Below, one piece after another: positions 1 through 6,532 of a stretch of DNA of 24,000 bases. Position 1 is the stretch's first letter. Each line of letters starts with the position of its first letter. The position numbers and the translations under genes are program-made. Location of the stretch: the NCBI RefSeq assembly GCF_003096015.2, contig NZ_CP029185.2:2009488-2033487 (forward strand). The letters are read 5' to 3'. This DNA comes from Limnobaculum parvum. Lineage in GTDB: Bacteria; Pseudomonadota; Gammaproteobacteria; Enterobacterales; Enterobacteriaceae. The notes beneath the pieces were generated by a model that ran no database searches, was not told the origin of the DNA, and was given only the letters and a program-made list of their open reading frames with translations.

Positions 1-57
1 ATGCGTGACATTAAAGATAAGTTATTACTTAATAAATGGGCGTTAATTTTTTAGACT

Positions 58-94
58 GGAAAAATAAAGAGGGCACTCATATTAGAGTGCCCTT
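58..94 (-). terminator. Rho-independent terminator downstream of rtcA
   Basis: On the minus strand, a 9-bp stem AGGGCACUC / GAGUGCCCU (70-94) with a 6-nt loop is followed by CUUUAUUUUU. It lies about 40 nt after the rtcA stop. Confidence 0.75.
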
Positions 95-135
95 ATCTGG
101 TGTTATCCATGCTGCCCGATAGATTTCTTTCGGTT

Positions 136-1161
136 TCACTGTCTTTGAATGTTTACTTCAATTCCCTGATGTACAGATTGAATATCAATACGGCAATTTA
201 GAAACTGACCGATAACGAAAGCATTGGTAGAAAGATGGTCAGTTATCACTGGTGTTGTAAAACTCCCTTCCCCTGCTATAGCCATTGGTAACAGTAATTG
301 GTCGGCTAAATACTCACCCACCGCCGCCGCCGACTTCAAATAGACTTGTGCTTCATCACAAGCTTCCTGTGCCACTTTCGCTGCCGCTTTTCCTTTAGTA
401 CCAATCGCACAGAATAGTTCGGTTAAATGCTCAAATTGCAGCTTTACTAACAGCGCATTACCGGCACAACGTGCTGATGAAACATCAACCGAGCACAACA
501 TTGATTCGTCAGCCTTTAACTGCTGTTTTACGATGTTCAATTCTCTGAAAGCAACGGATTCAGGTACGCCAGCGATCAGTGATTGTGCACCGATATCAAT
601 CAGTTTACCGCGCTGAGGCAAATGTAGCGCCTGCCATTGTTTAACCGGATCAATGGTCACTTCAACCTCACCGCCACCCGCAGGATAAAAGCCACAGCGA
701 TGTACCACTAAGGTTGCTTTTGCGCCCATTTTCGCCATTAATGGCAGCCAAACCTGCTGCAGAAAACTGGCTGATGGTGCCATAGGGTTATGTGTACCAC
801 CGATCAATTTCACTCGACTTTCACCATTGGCTGACCATAAGGCCGGTAACAGCGTTTGTAATACCAATGCACAACTGCCTGCACCACCTAAATCAAACTG
901 ATAGTCTCCTGACTTAATTTGACCGGGAATAAACGTCAACTCAGTTGAATTTAATGTTGCTCCACTCACCTGAGCAGCACAAACCTGTTGTGCTGCCAGA
1001 ATCGCGGTTAAATGTTGGCGCATAATACCGGGCTTACTTCGCCCGGCTCGAATATGGGTAAAACTCACGGCTTTACCGGTGATCATAGACAGCGACAACC
1101 CGCTGCGGAGAATTTGCCCCCCACCTTCACCTTTTGAACCATCAATTTCAATCCATTGCAC
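136..1161 (-). CDS. rtcA: RNA 3'-terminal phosphate cyclase RtcA
   Basis: The 341-aa ORF is colinear with E. coli RtcA, sharing GEGGGQILRS.LSLSMITG, IRAGR.KPG..RQHL, GFYPAGGG and AVGEYLADQL.LPMA. It has a GTG start with AGGAG 7 nt upstream and lies 41 nt downstream of rtcB. Confidence 0.95.
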   Translation of the reverse strand: MQWIEIDGSKGEGGGQILRSGLSLSMITGKAVSFTHIRAGRSKPGIMRQHLTAILAAQQVCAAQVSGATLNSTELTFIPGQIKSGDYQFDLGGAGSCALVLQTLLPALWSANGESRVKLIGGTHNPMAPSASFLQQVWLPLMAKMGAKATLVVHRCGFYPAGGGEVEVTIDPVKQWQALHLPQRGKLIDIGAQSLIAGVPESVAFRELNIVKQQLKADESMLCSVDVSSARCAGNALLVKLQFEHLTELFCAIGTKGKAAAKVAQEACDEAQVYLKSAAAVGEYLADQLLLPMAIAGEGSFTTPVITDHLSTNAFVIGQFLNCRIDIQSVHQGIEVNIQRQ

Positions 1162-1202
1162 TTTACGCTCCTGTTTAATCTTATACTTTGCGCATCAGGT
1201 AA

Positions 1203-2426
1203 TTACCCTTTAACACAAACTACCTGCTTTAAAGTATGAACAATTTCTACCAGTTCTGACTGTGCGGTCATCACTGCATCAATATCTTTATAGGCCATTG
1301 GTATCTCATCAATAACGTCTGAATCTTTACGGCATTCAACGCCAGCCGTCGCCTTGATTTGATCTTCTATCGAGAAACGACGTTTGGCTTCGGTACGGCT
1401 CATGGTTCGACCCGCTCCGTGGCTACAGGAGCAGAACGCGTCCGGGTTACCTTTTCCTCGCACAATAAAGGATCTTGCCCCCATGGAGCCTGGAATAATC
1501 CCTAATTCACCCGCCTGAGCGCTCACTGCACCTTTACGCGTTACCAAGACCTCTTGACCAAAATGCTGCTCTTTCTGTACATAGTTATGGTGACAGTTCA
1601 CCGCTTGCATCTCTAAAGTAAAGGGCTTGGTGATAACACTACGTACTGCGGCAATCACATTATTCATCATGGTTTCACGGTTTAATCGGGCATAACGTTG
1701 CGCCCAATCAACGGCAAAAACGTAATCGTTATAATGTTCGCTCCCTTCAACCAGATACGCTAAATCTTGATGTGGTAGGTTAATGAAGTGTCGTTGCATA
1801 TCCTTTTTAGCCAGTTCAATGAACAGGCTTCCGATAGCATTACCGATACCTCGTGAACCGGAGTGCAACATAAACCACACTGCCTGGTTCTCATCCAGAC
1901 AAACTTCAATAAAGTGGTTACCGGTTCCCAAGGTTCCTAAATGAACACGGTTATTGGTATTTTTTAACTTCGGATATTTATCAATAATCTGCTTAAAGTC
2001 AGGATCTAACTGTAACCATGCGCGGTTTACTACTTCAGGCACATCATTCCAGGCACCTTTATCTCGTTTGGATCGATTAACGTCTCGTCCATGTGGAACC
2101 GCTCGTTCTATGGCGTCACGCACGGCAGATAAGTTATCCGGCAAATCGCTGGCGTGCAGAGAGGTTCTTACCGCAATCATGCCACAACCAATATCCACGC
2201 CCACTGCGGCCGGAATAATCGCCCCCACAGTAGGAATAACGGATCCAATGGTTGATCCTTTACCTAAATGCACATCCGGCATCACCGCAATATGTTTAAA
2301 GATAAACGGCATTTTGGCCGTGTTCTCTAACTGGCGTTTAGCCTCGTCTTCAACCGGCACCCCCTGAGTCCACATTTTCACCGGGCGGCCATTCTCAACG
2401 TTCATTACCTGAATTGAAGGTTTCAT
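1203..2426 (-). CDS. rtcB: RNA-splicing ligase RtcB (3'-phosphate/5'-OH RNA ligase)
   Basis: The 407-aa ORF is near-colinear with E. coli RtcB, sharing MPFIFKHIAVMPDVHLGKGSTIGSVIPT, GTGNHFIE, HSGSRG, NCHHNYV, CSCSHGAGR and the C-terminal QVVCVKG. An RBS (AAAGGA) lies upstream. Confidence 0.97.
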   Translation of the reverse strand: MKPSIQVMNVENGRPVKMWTQGVPVEDEAKRQLENTAKMPFIFKHIAVMPDVHLGKGSTIGSVIPTVGAIIPAAVGVDIGCGMIAVRTSLHASDLPDNLSAVRDAIERAVPHGRDVNRSKRDKGAWNDVPEVVNRAWLQLDPDFKQIIDKYPKLKNTNNRVHLGTLGTGNHFIEVCLDENQAVWFMLHSGSRGIGNAIGSLFIELAKKDMQRHFINLPHQDLAYLVEGSEHYNDYVFAVDWAQRYARLNRETMMNNVIAAVRSVITKPFTLEMQAVNCHHNYVQKEQHFGQEVLVTRKGAVSAQAGELGIIPGSMGARSFIVRGKGNPDAFCSCSHGAGRTMSRTEAKRRFSIEDQIKATAGVECRKDSDVIDEIPMAYKDIDAVMTAQSELVEIVHTLKQVVCVKG

Positions 2427-2496
2427 TATTTATCCTTTACTCTTTTCCATTTCTTCGTTTGTCTTATCATTTCAACAAACGGTATTCATTGAGGTC

Positions 2497-2622
2497 GGGC
2501 AACAAGTTTTAGTGAAACATTCACAATGCTCTATCCAACTGAGCTACGGAACCTGGTTAGATTCCGGCGGGAGTCGAACCCGCGACCTTTGCACTTGGAT
2601 GTAGTTCCACCGGCATTTGCCC
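2497..2622 (-). ncRNA. Y-RNA-like module 4 (YrlA-type, permuted tRNA mimic)
   Basis: On the minus-strand RNA the closing helix is GGGCAA/UUGCCC and the 5' motif is AAUGCCGGUGGAACUACAU, in which GUGGAAC pairs with the 3' GUUUCAC. The T-arm is GCGGG-UUCGACU-CCCGC. The acceptor helix CGGAAUC/GGUUCCG is closed by the loop UAACCA. UA plus the D-arm GCUC-AGUUGGAUA-GAGC follows. The ends are approximate. Confidence 0.75.
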
Positions 2623-2633
2623 TGTATTTAGCT

Positions 2634-2743
2634 GCGGTAACAAGTATTATGCGAAACACGTGCTCTACCACTTGAGCTATTACTGATGACTCAGTAACCC
2701 GGGCTCGAACCGGGAACAATGTAGTTTCGCCTGCATTTACCGC
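2634..2743 (-). ncRNA. Y-RNA-like module 3 (YrlA-type, permuted tRNA mimic)
   Basis: The closing helix is GCGGUAA/UUACCGC and the 5' motif is AAUGCAGGCGAAACUACAU, in which GCGAAAC pairs with GUUUCGC. The T-arm is CCCGG-UUCGAGC-CCGGG. The acceptor helix UUACUGA/UCAGUAA is closed by GUCA. UA plus the D-arm GCUC-AAGUGGUA-GAGC follows. The module is separated from module 4 by only about 11 nt. Confidence 0.75.
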
Positions 2744-2755
2744 TTATTCATAAAG

Positions 2756-2855
2756 CAAACCGATAACAACCAACGATGCTGAGATTTCGCCTTACCGAGG
2801 CCGGATTTGAACCGGCTAAGCTATGTAATCCCTGCGGGCATTGGTTACCCGTTTG
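2756..2855 (-). ncRNA. Y-RNA-like module 2 (reduced/degenerate, YrlB-like?)
   Basis: The closing helix is CAAACGGGUAAC/GUUAUCGGUUUG (12 positions, 1 mismatch). It carries the family motif AAUGCCCGCAGGGAUUACAU, in which GGGAUU pairs with AAUCUC. A T-arm-like hairpin GCCGG-UUCAAAU-CCGGC is present, but I found no recognisable acceptor helix or D-arm. Confidence 0.45.
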
Positions 2856-2914
2856 CGTTGTTCTGCAATGGTGCTAACTATTATTTTTACGATTAATCTA
2901 ACAATCTAACTCTG

Positions 2915-3080
2915 GCCCTGAAAAAGCGGAGGACAACAGTGATGAAACGTATTGGATGCAAGCATCCGGTGCTCTGCCTCTGAGCTACGGTTCCATTGTG
3001 GCGGAACCGACGGGATTCGAACCCGTGACCTCCTCATTCGTAGTGATGTAGTTCCATCGGCATTCCTCCTTTATCAGGCG
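2915..3080 (-). ncRNA. Y-RNA-like module 1 (YrlA-type, permuted tRNA mimic)
   Basis: The closing helix is GGAGGA/UCCUCC, extendable to GCCUGAUAAAGGAGGA / UCCUCCGCUUUUUCAGGGC. The 5' motif is AAUGCCGAUGGAACUACAU, in which GAUGGAAC pairs with GUUUCAUC. The variable-loop-like GGUC precedes the T-arm ACGGG-UUCGAAU-CCCGU. The acceptor CGGUUCC-G-CCA-CAAU-GGAACCG is followed by UA and the D-arm GCUC-AGAGGCA-GAGC. An extra hairpin GGAUGC-UU-GCAUCC is inserted. Confidence 0.75.
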
Positions 3081-3154
3081 AGGCATAACATTATGGTGAT
3101 CGGGAAAGTAAATTCCTTATCATTTAGTTCTAGCGGTTATGCCACGATGCTCAG

Positions 3155-4738
3155 TTATTGTGACAATGTCACTTTATCAATTTCACCTAACCAATGTTGA
3201 GATTGCATTTGTCCTTGGGAAAATGCGCTAATCAACTGAAATACGGTGTCAGAAAACCCACCAATATTCAGAATGTCATCCCGTTCCTTTGCCTGTGTGG
3301 TGGCATTGGGCTGGATATCCAGACAAACCAGTCTGGCCGACGGATTAAAACGCTTAAACATTTCCCACTGGCGCATGGTTTCTGTTGCGCCACTTCCCTT
3401 ACGATTTATACTTCCCCAAGACTCGTTATCCGAAACCAACAGTACCAAATCAGCACGAATGCCTTTAGCATTTAACCATTTCAGCGGTGCGCTACAATCT
3501 GTTCCACCACCGCAGGCCGCAGCCAACTTGGCGGCATTGGTCAGTACCGTATCTCTTGGATTCAATGTTACCCGGTTGCTCTCTACCACTTGATACTCAA
3601 AGGGTAAAATTACCGTATCTCGCTGCTTACGCAGATAAGTGGCAGCAATTAATGCCGCAATATCAACGCAGCGGGTTACGGTTGTTGCTCCAGGGCGAAA
3701 ACCGGTTGCCGGCGAATGCATAGAACCAGATACATCTGGACATACCACCATTTTCCCCACCACGGGTAATACATTTTCTAATGCAATTTCTAGCGCATCC
3801 TGTAATGCTTCGCGCACCATCAGCGGGATCGCTTTACTGGATGACTGATATGCCGTCATTAGCTGATATGGGAACACGTTTGCCTGCATGATGTTCTTTC
3901 TATCACTCAACTTGTCAGCAACCATTTTTGCCATGCCCGGCAATTCAAACACGCCGTGACGGGCAAAGGTATTCAGATTCATTCGCACCATTTGCCAGCT
4001 ACCCTGCTTTGCGATCTCCGCCCAGTCAGCCGTGGTTAAATTCAAGGACGTCAACATCTGAAACGGCACTGCCGGTAATCCACCCTCATCACAGCTACCT
4101 TGGCGTTTATATTGTTCAAACGCACGAGTAATGGGAGGTAATGCATTTTCATCATAAGGTTTCCCAATTAACCAAGCAAAGAAGGCTTCTCTCCAGCTTT
4201 CTTGAGGTTTCGGGTGCACCATTTTTACCACATCAGCTAACGATGGATTATTACCGACTGCTGCCGATAATAAAGCTCGCTCGCTAGCGTTATTTAACCA
4301 ATCCTGCACTAATTTTTTAGGACGAGTCCCTAAAGATTTACGTCCAACGGTGCCACTACGTAATATTTGCACAAAGTTACGCAACATTTTGCCGTTATCC
4401 ACCACCTGTGGAAACGCCATCGGTAAATACGCTTTTCCCTTAACTGAAAGCACCGCTAGCAGCAATGCCGGCATATCTTTCATGTAGCCGTATTGACGGC
4501 AGTACACCGCTATTTTTGCCAGCATTAACGGGTCAACTTGAGAACACAACGTCATCACTGTTTCTAACTGAGTTTCTGCCGAGGCGTAATAAGTACCGTT
4601 TAAGCACCCTGTCGCAGCGTACTGGGCCAGAGCATGTTCCGCACTAAACGGGTATGCCGTTCCACCTGCTTGGTTCAGGCTATTGGCTTTTGGTAACAGG
4701 CGACCCTTTAATGATTTAAATAGTTGAATATTCGCCAT
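3155..4738 (-). CDS. rsr: Ro60-related protein Rsr (TROVE domain + vWA domain)
   Basis: The ORF has N-terminal TROVE-like and C-terminal vWA architecture, with the MIDAS motif DVSGSM in VVCPDVSGSMHSP. It lies immediately upstream of Y-RNA-like genes and rtcBA, as in the Salmonella rsr-yrlBA-rtcBA operon. I moved the start from the track's 4801 to the ATG at 4738 (MANIQLF...), which lies 7 nt after AGGAGA. The ATG at 4744 is too close to that RBS. Confidence 0.88.
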   Translation of the reverse strand: MANIQLFKSLKGRLLPKANSLNQAGGTAYPFSAEHALAQYAATGCLNGTYYASAETQLETVMTLCSQVDPLMLAKIAVYCRQYGYMKDMPALLLAVLSVKGKAYLPMAFPQVVDNGKMLRNFVQILRSGTVGRKSLGTRPKKLVQDWLNNASERALLSAAVGNNPSLADVVKMVHPKPQESWREAFFAWLIGKPYDENALPPITRAFEQYKRQGSCDEGGLPAVPFQMLTSLNLTTADWAEIAKQGSWQMVRMNLNTFARHGVFELPGMAKMVADKLSDRKNIMQANVFPYQLMTAYQSSSKAIPLMVREALQDALEIALENVLPVVGKMVVCPDVSGSMHSPATGFRPGATTVTRCVDIAALIAATYLRKQRDTVILPFEYQVVESNRVTLNPRDTVLTNAAKLAAACGGGTDCSAPLKWLNAKGIRADLVLLVSDNESWGSINRKGSGATETMRQWEMFKRFNPSARLVCLDIQPNATTQAKERDDILNIGGFSDTVFQLISAFSQGQMQSQHWLGEIDKVTLSQ

Positions 4739-4858
4739 GCTCATTCTCCTTTGAGACAAATTTAATCTGGTGGACAAAACGCAACCTTCTGTTGTTATCA
4801 CTACCAGTTAATCTTTGATGGTGTGTTCTAACGTTGCTGCCCTTCATGCCAGATATAT

Positions 4859-4875
4859 AGCGATAAGCGTGCCAA
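4859..4875 (-). promoter_or_regulatory. Sigma54 (-24/-12) promoter of the rsr operon
   Basis: The minus strand reads TTGGCACGCTTATCGCT, compared with the consensus TGGCACG-N4-TTGCW. The GG (4873/4872) and GC (4861/4860) are exactly 12 nt apart. The predicted TSS is near 4848, about 110 nt upstream of the rsr start. rtcBA is known to be sigma54/RtcR-dependent in E. coli and Salmonella. Confidence 0.7.
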
Positions 4876-5013
4876 CTTTTAAAATCAACGGAAAAATAAA
4901 TTTAATCACATGAATTAAAAGAAAATTAAATTTATTTTTAATTTTGAGGGATACCTCAACGGAAAACCAGCTGGGGATATAACTATCTATAAGGATAAAT
5001 AATTATCTATTAA

Positions 5014-5054
5014 TATAAAAAATGGCAACGCAATCGGGTTATCGCCTTGCCATT
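5014..5054 (-). terminator. Rho-independent terminator of the sgc/HAD operon
   Basis: On the minus strand, the stem AAUGGCAA...UUGCCAUU (5021-5054, with further internal pairing) is followed by UUUUUAUAUU. It lies about 35 nt after the HAD gene stop and separates that operon from the rsr promoter. Confidence 0.75.
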
Positions 5055-5088
5055 CAGCACGCTCTTTTCAATTATGAACAAGATACGT

Positions 5089-5745
5089 CTATTTTAACTG
5101 CTGTATTGCATGCCAAACTTCGTTCAGCGTATTAACCTGCACATCAGCTAATCCAAATCGCTTATCCTGACGCGCTTCTGGCGCAGGCATAACAATCACT
5201 TTCATCTGGGCCGCTTTGGCCGCCACCATACCGTTTACCGCATCTTCAATCACGATACACTCTTCCGGGCTAACGTTAAGTATCTCTGCCGCTCGTAAAA
5301 ACACCGCCGGATGAGGCTTACCATTGATCATGCCTTCAGCAGAAATTTGGTGAGAAAAGTAATGGCTAATATTTAACGCTTCCAATACACAGGCAATTTG
5401 CTTTTGTGGTGAAGAAGAAGCAACCACCATCGGTAAACCGTGCCGTTGAATCGTTTCCAACAGTTCCACTACGCCTGACATCGGCTGGGGATGGGTTTGT
5501 ATTTGTTGTCCAACATCAGTAACGATTTCTTCAACACGGAGAGGGATATCTTCCAACGGGAGTGAATAACGGCGGTGATGCTCAATCAGTAATTTATCAA
5601 TACGGATACCTGCGCTGTCTTTAAAATCCTCATGGCCTAAGTGGACCCCATAGCGCTGCAAATAAATTTCCTGTTCGACCTTAACCCAAACAGGTTCGGA
5701 ATCCACCAATACACCATCCATATCAAAGATAATAGCCGTCGTCAT
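5089..5745 (-). CDS. HAD-IA family sugar phosphatase (beta-phosphoglucomutase / YniC-HxpB-like)
   Basis: The 218-aa ORF has HAD motif I (FDMDGVLVDSE), motif II (VASSS) and the C-terminal motif IEDAVNG. A strong RBS (GGAGAGAGAGGG) lies upstream. Its start overlaps the last 23 nt of the DeoR regulator gene. Confidence 0.85.
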   Translation of the reverse strand: MTTAIIFDMDGVLVDSEPVWVKVEQEIYLQRYGVHLGHEDFKDSAGIRIDKLLIEHHRRYSLPLEDIPLRVEEIVTDVGQQIQTHPQPMSGVVELLETIQRHGLPMVVASSSPQKQIACVLEALNISHYFSHQISAEGMINGKPHPAVFLRAAEILNVSPEECIVIEDAVNGMVAAKAAQMKVIVMPAPEARQDKRFGLADVQVNTLNEVWHAIQQLK

Positions 5746-6532
5746 ACCCTCTCTCTCCTGCTCTGATGATATTAATTCCTGCCTGCCGATAACGTTGGAA
5801 CGTCTCCTCTGGCAGTAACGCGTCAGTAATAATACAGCTCATCGAGAGTAACGTCGCCACGCTGTGAGGTTTTATCTGATCAAATTTGCTGTGATCGGCC
5901 AATAACACGACTTGTCGAGCCCGCTGGATCAGCATTTTCTTCACCCCTACCTCAAAAACAGTGGAATTGGTTATGCCGCTATCCAATGACAGCGCATCAC
6001 AAGACATAAAGGTTTTATCCGCTGAAAATAACTTCAACATATCAACAGCTAGGCTTTCCCCCACGGAAAAATACCCAGAGCGGATCATGCCTCCGACGAT
6101 ATAGCTTTCCAGTTGGTTATAACAACCCAATTGATTGGCTATTTTTACATCGGTGGTAATCACTTTGGCAGGGATATCCGACAGCCGTTTAGCCAACTCC
6201 AAGCAGGTTGAACCTGAATCCAGTAAAATACAGTCATCCGGCTTCATCATATTACGCGCCACTTGAGCAATGTCTTGCTTAGCCACGCGCTGAATACTTT
6301 GTTTAACATCAAAAATATATTCTTGGTCTACGGTAGTTTTGTCAAAAACGATCCCTCCGTGGCAACGAACCATGCCAGGATAGCCATCCACGATAATCTG
6401 AAAGTCTCGTCTGACGGACGCTTCGGCGTAACCGAACAGTTCAACGGCCTGACGCGTTTCTATCTTTTTATGCTGCCATAGATAGTGCAAGATATTACGC
6501 ATTCGATCGGAACGTTTATCGCTCATACCCAA
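5723..6532 (-). CDS. sgcR: DeoR-family transcriptional regulator (SgcR-like)
   Basis: The ORF has an N-terminal DeoR HTH (IETRQAVELFGYAEASVRRDFQ) and a C-terminal sugar-phosphate-binding DeoR_C region. Its position matches E. coli sgcR at the end of sgcXBCQAER. The start is uncertain, with in-frame ATGs at 6532, 6526 and 6502. Confidence 0.8.
   Translation of the reverse strand: MGMSDKRSDRMRNILHYLWQHKKIETRQAVELFGYAEASVRRDFQIIVDGYPGMVRCHGGIVFDKTTVDQEYIFDVKQSIQRVAKQDIAQVARNMMKPDDCILLDSGSTCLELAKRLSDIPAKVITTDVKIANQLGCYNQLESYIVGGMIRSGYFSVGESLAVDMLKLFSADKTFMSCDALSLDSGITNSTVFEVGVKKMLIQRARQVVLLADHSKFDQIKPHSVATLLSMSCIITDALLPEETFQRYRQAGINIIRAGERGYDDGYYL

Noticed and set aside
1-54. An open plus-strand frame at the left edge (MRDIKDKLLLNKWALIF*), either a 17-codon ORF or the tail of a gene running off the window
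   Set aside because: It is too short and truncated to assign, so I cannot tell whether it is the C-terminus of a real gene such as a regulator. I noted it only as something to inspect in the flanking sequence.
1954-2367. A 137-aa plus-strand ORF antisense to rtcB. Similar antisense ORFs occur at 3194-4647 (several, opposite rsr), 10355..10684, 10834..11136, 12905..13345, 17555..17908, 19061..19390, 20886..21263 and 21829..22203.
   Set aside because: All of them are fully embedded opposite strongly supported conserved genes. They lack RBSs, and their compositions are typical of antisense frames (Arg/Ser/Thr/Pro-rich). I treated them as shadow ORFs.
2530-3040. Apparent tRNA genes, suggested by the GGTTCGAATCC-type T-loops and GCTCAG...GAGC D-arms on the minus strand
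   Set aside because: In every case the T-arm precedes the D-arm on the transcript, the acceptor helix is capped by a loop, and there is no anticodon arm. These are permuted mimics, not canonical tRNAs or simple pseudogenes.
2497-3080. Possible CRISPR array, because the units look repeated
   Set aside because: The units are 100-166 nt long, unequal in length, internally structured and share only short motifs. There is no short identical repeat with unique spacers and no cas genes.
2531-3200. Track ORFs 2531..2719 (-) of 62 aa and 2952..3200 (+) of 82 aa, lying in the rsr-rtcB spacer
   Set aside because: Both lie across the highly structured tRNA-like modules. They have no RBS, their sequences have odd composition, and 2952..3200 starts at a TTG and runs antisense into rsr. 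The region is better explained as ncRNA.
5023-5136. A 37-codon plus-strand ORF (MATQSGYRLAIQH...) in the region upstream of the rsr promoter
   Set aside because: It has no RBS. It coincides with the terminator hairpin of the HAD operon and runs antisense into the HAD gene.
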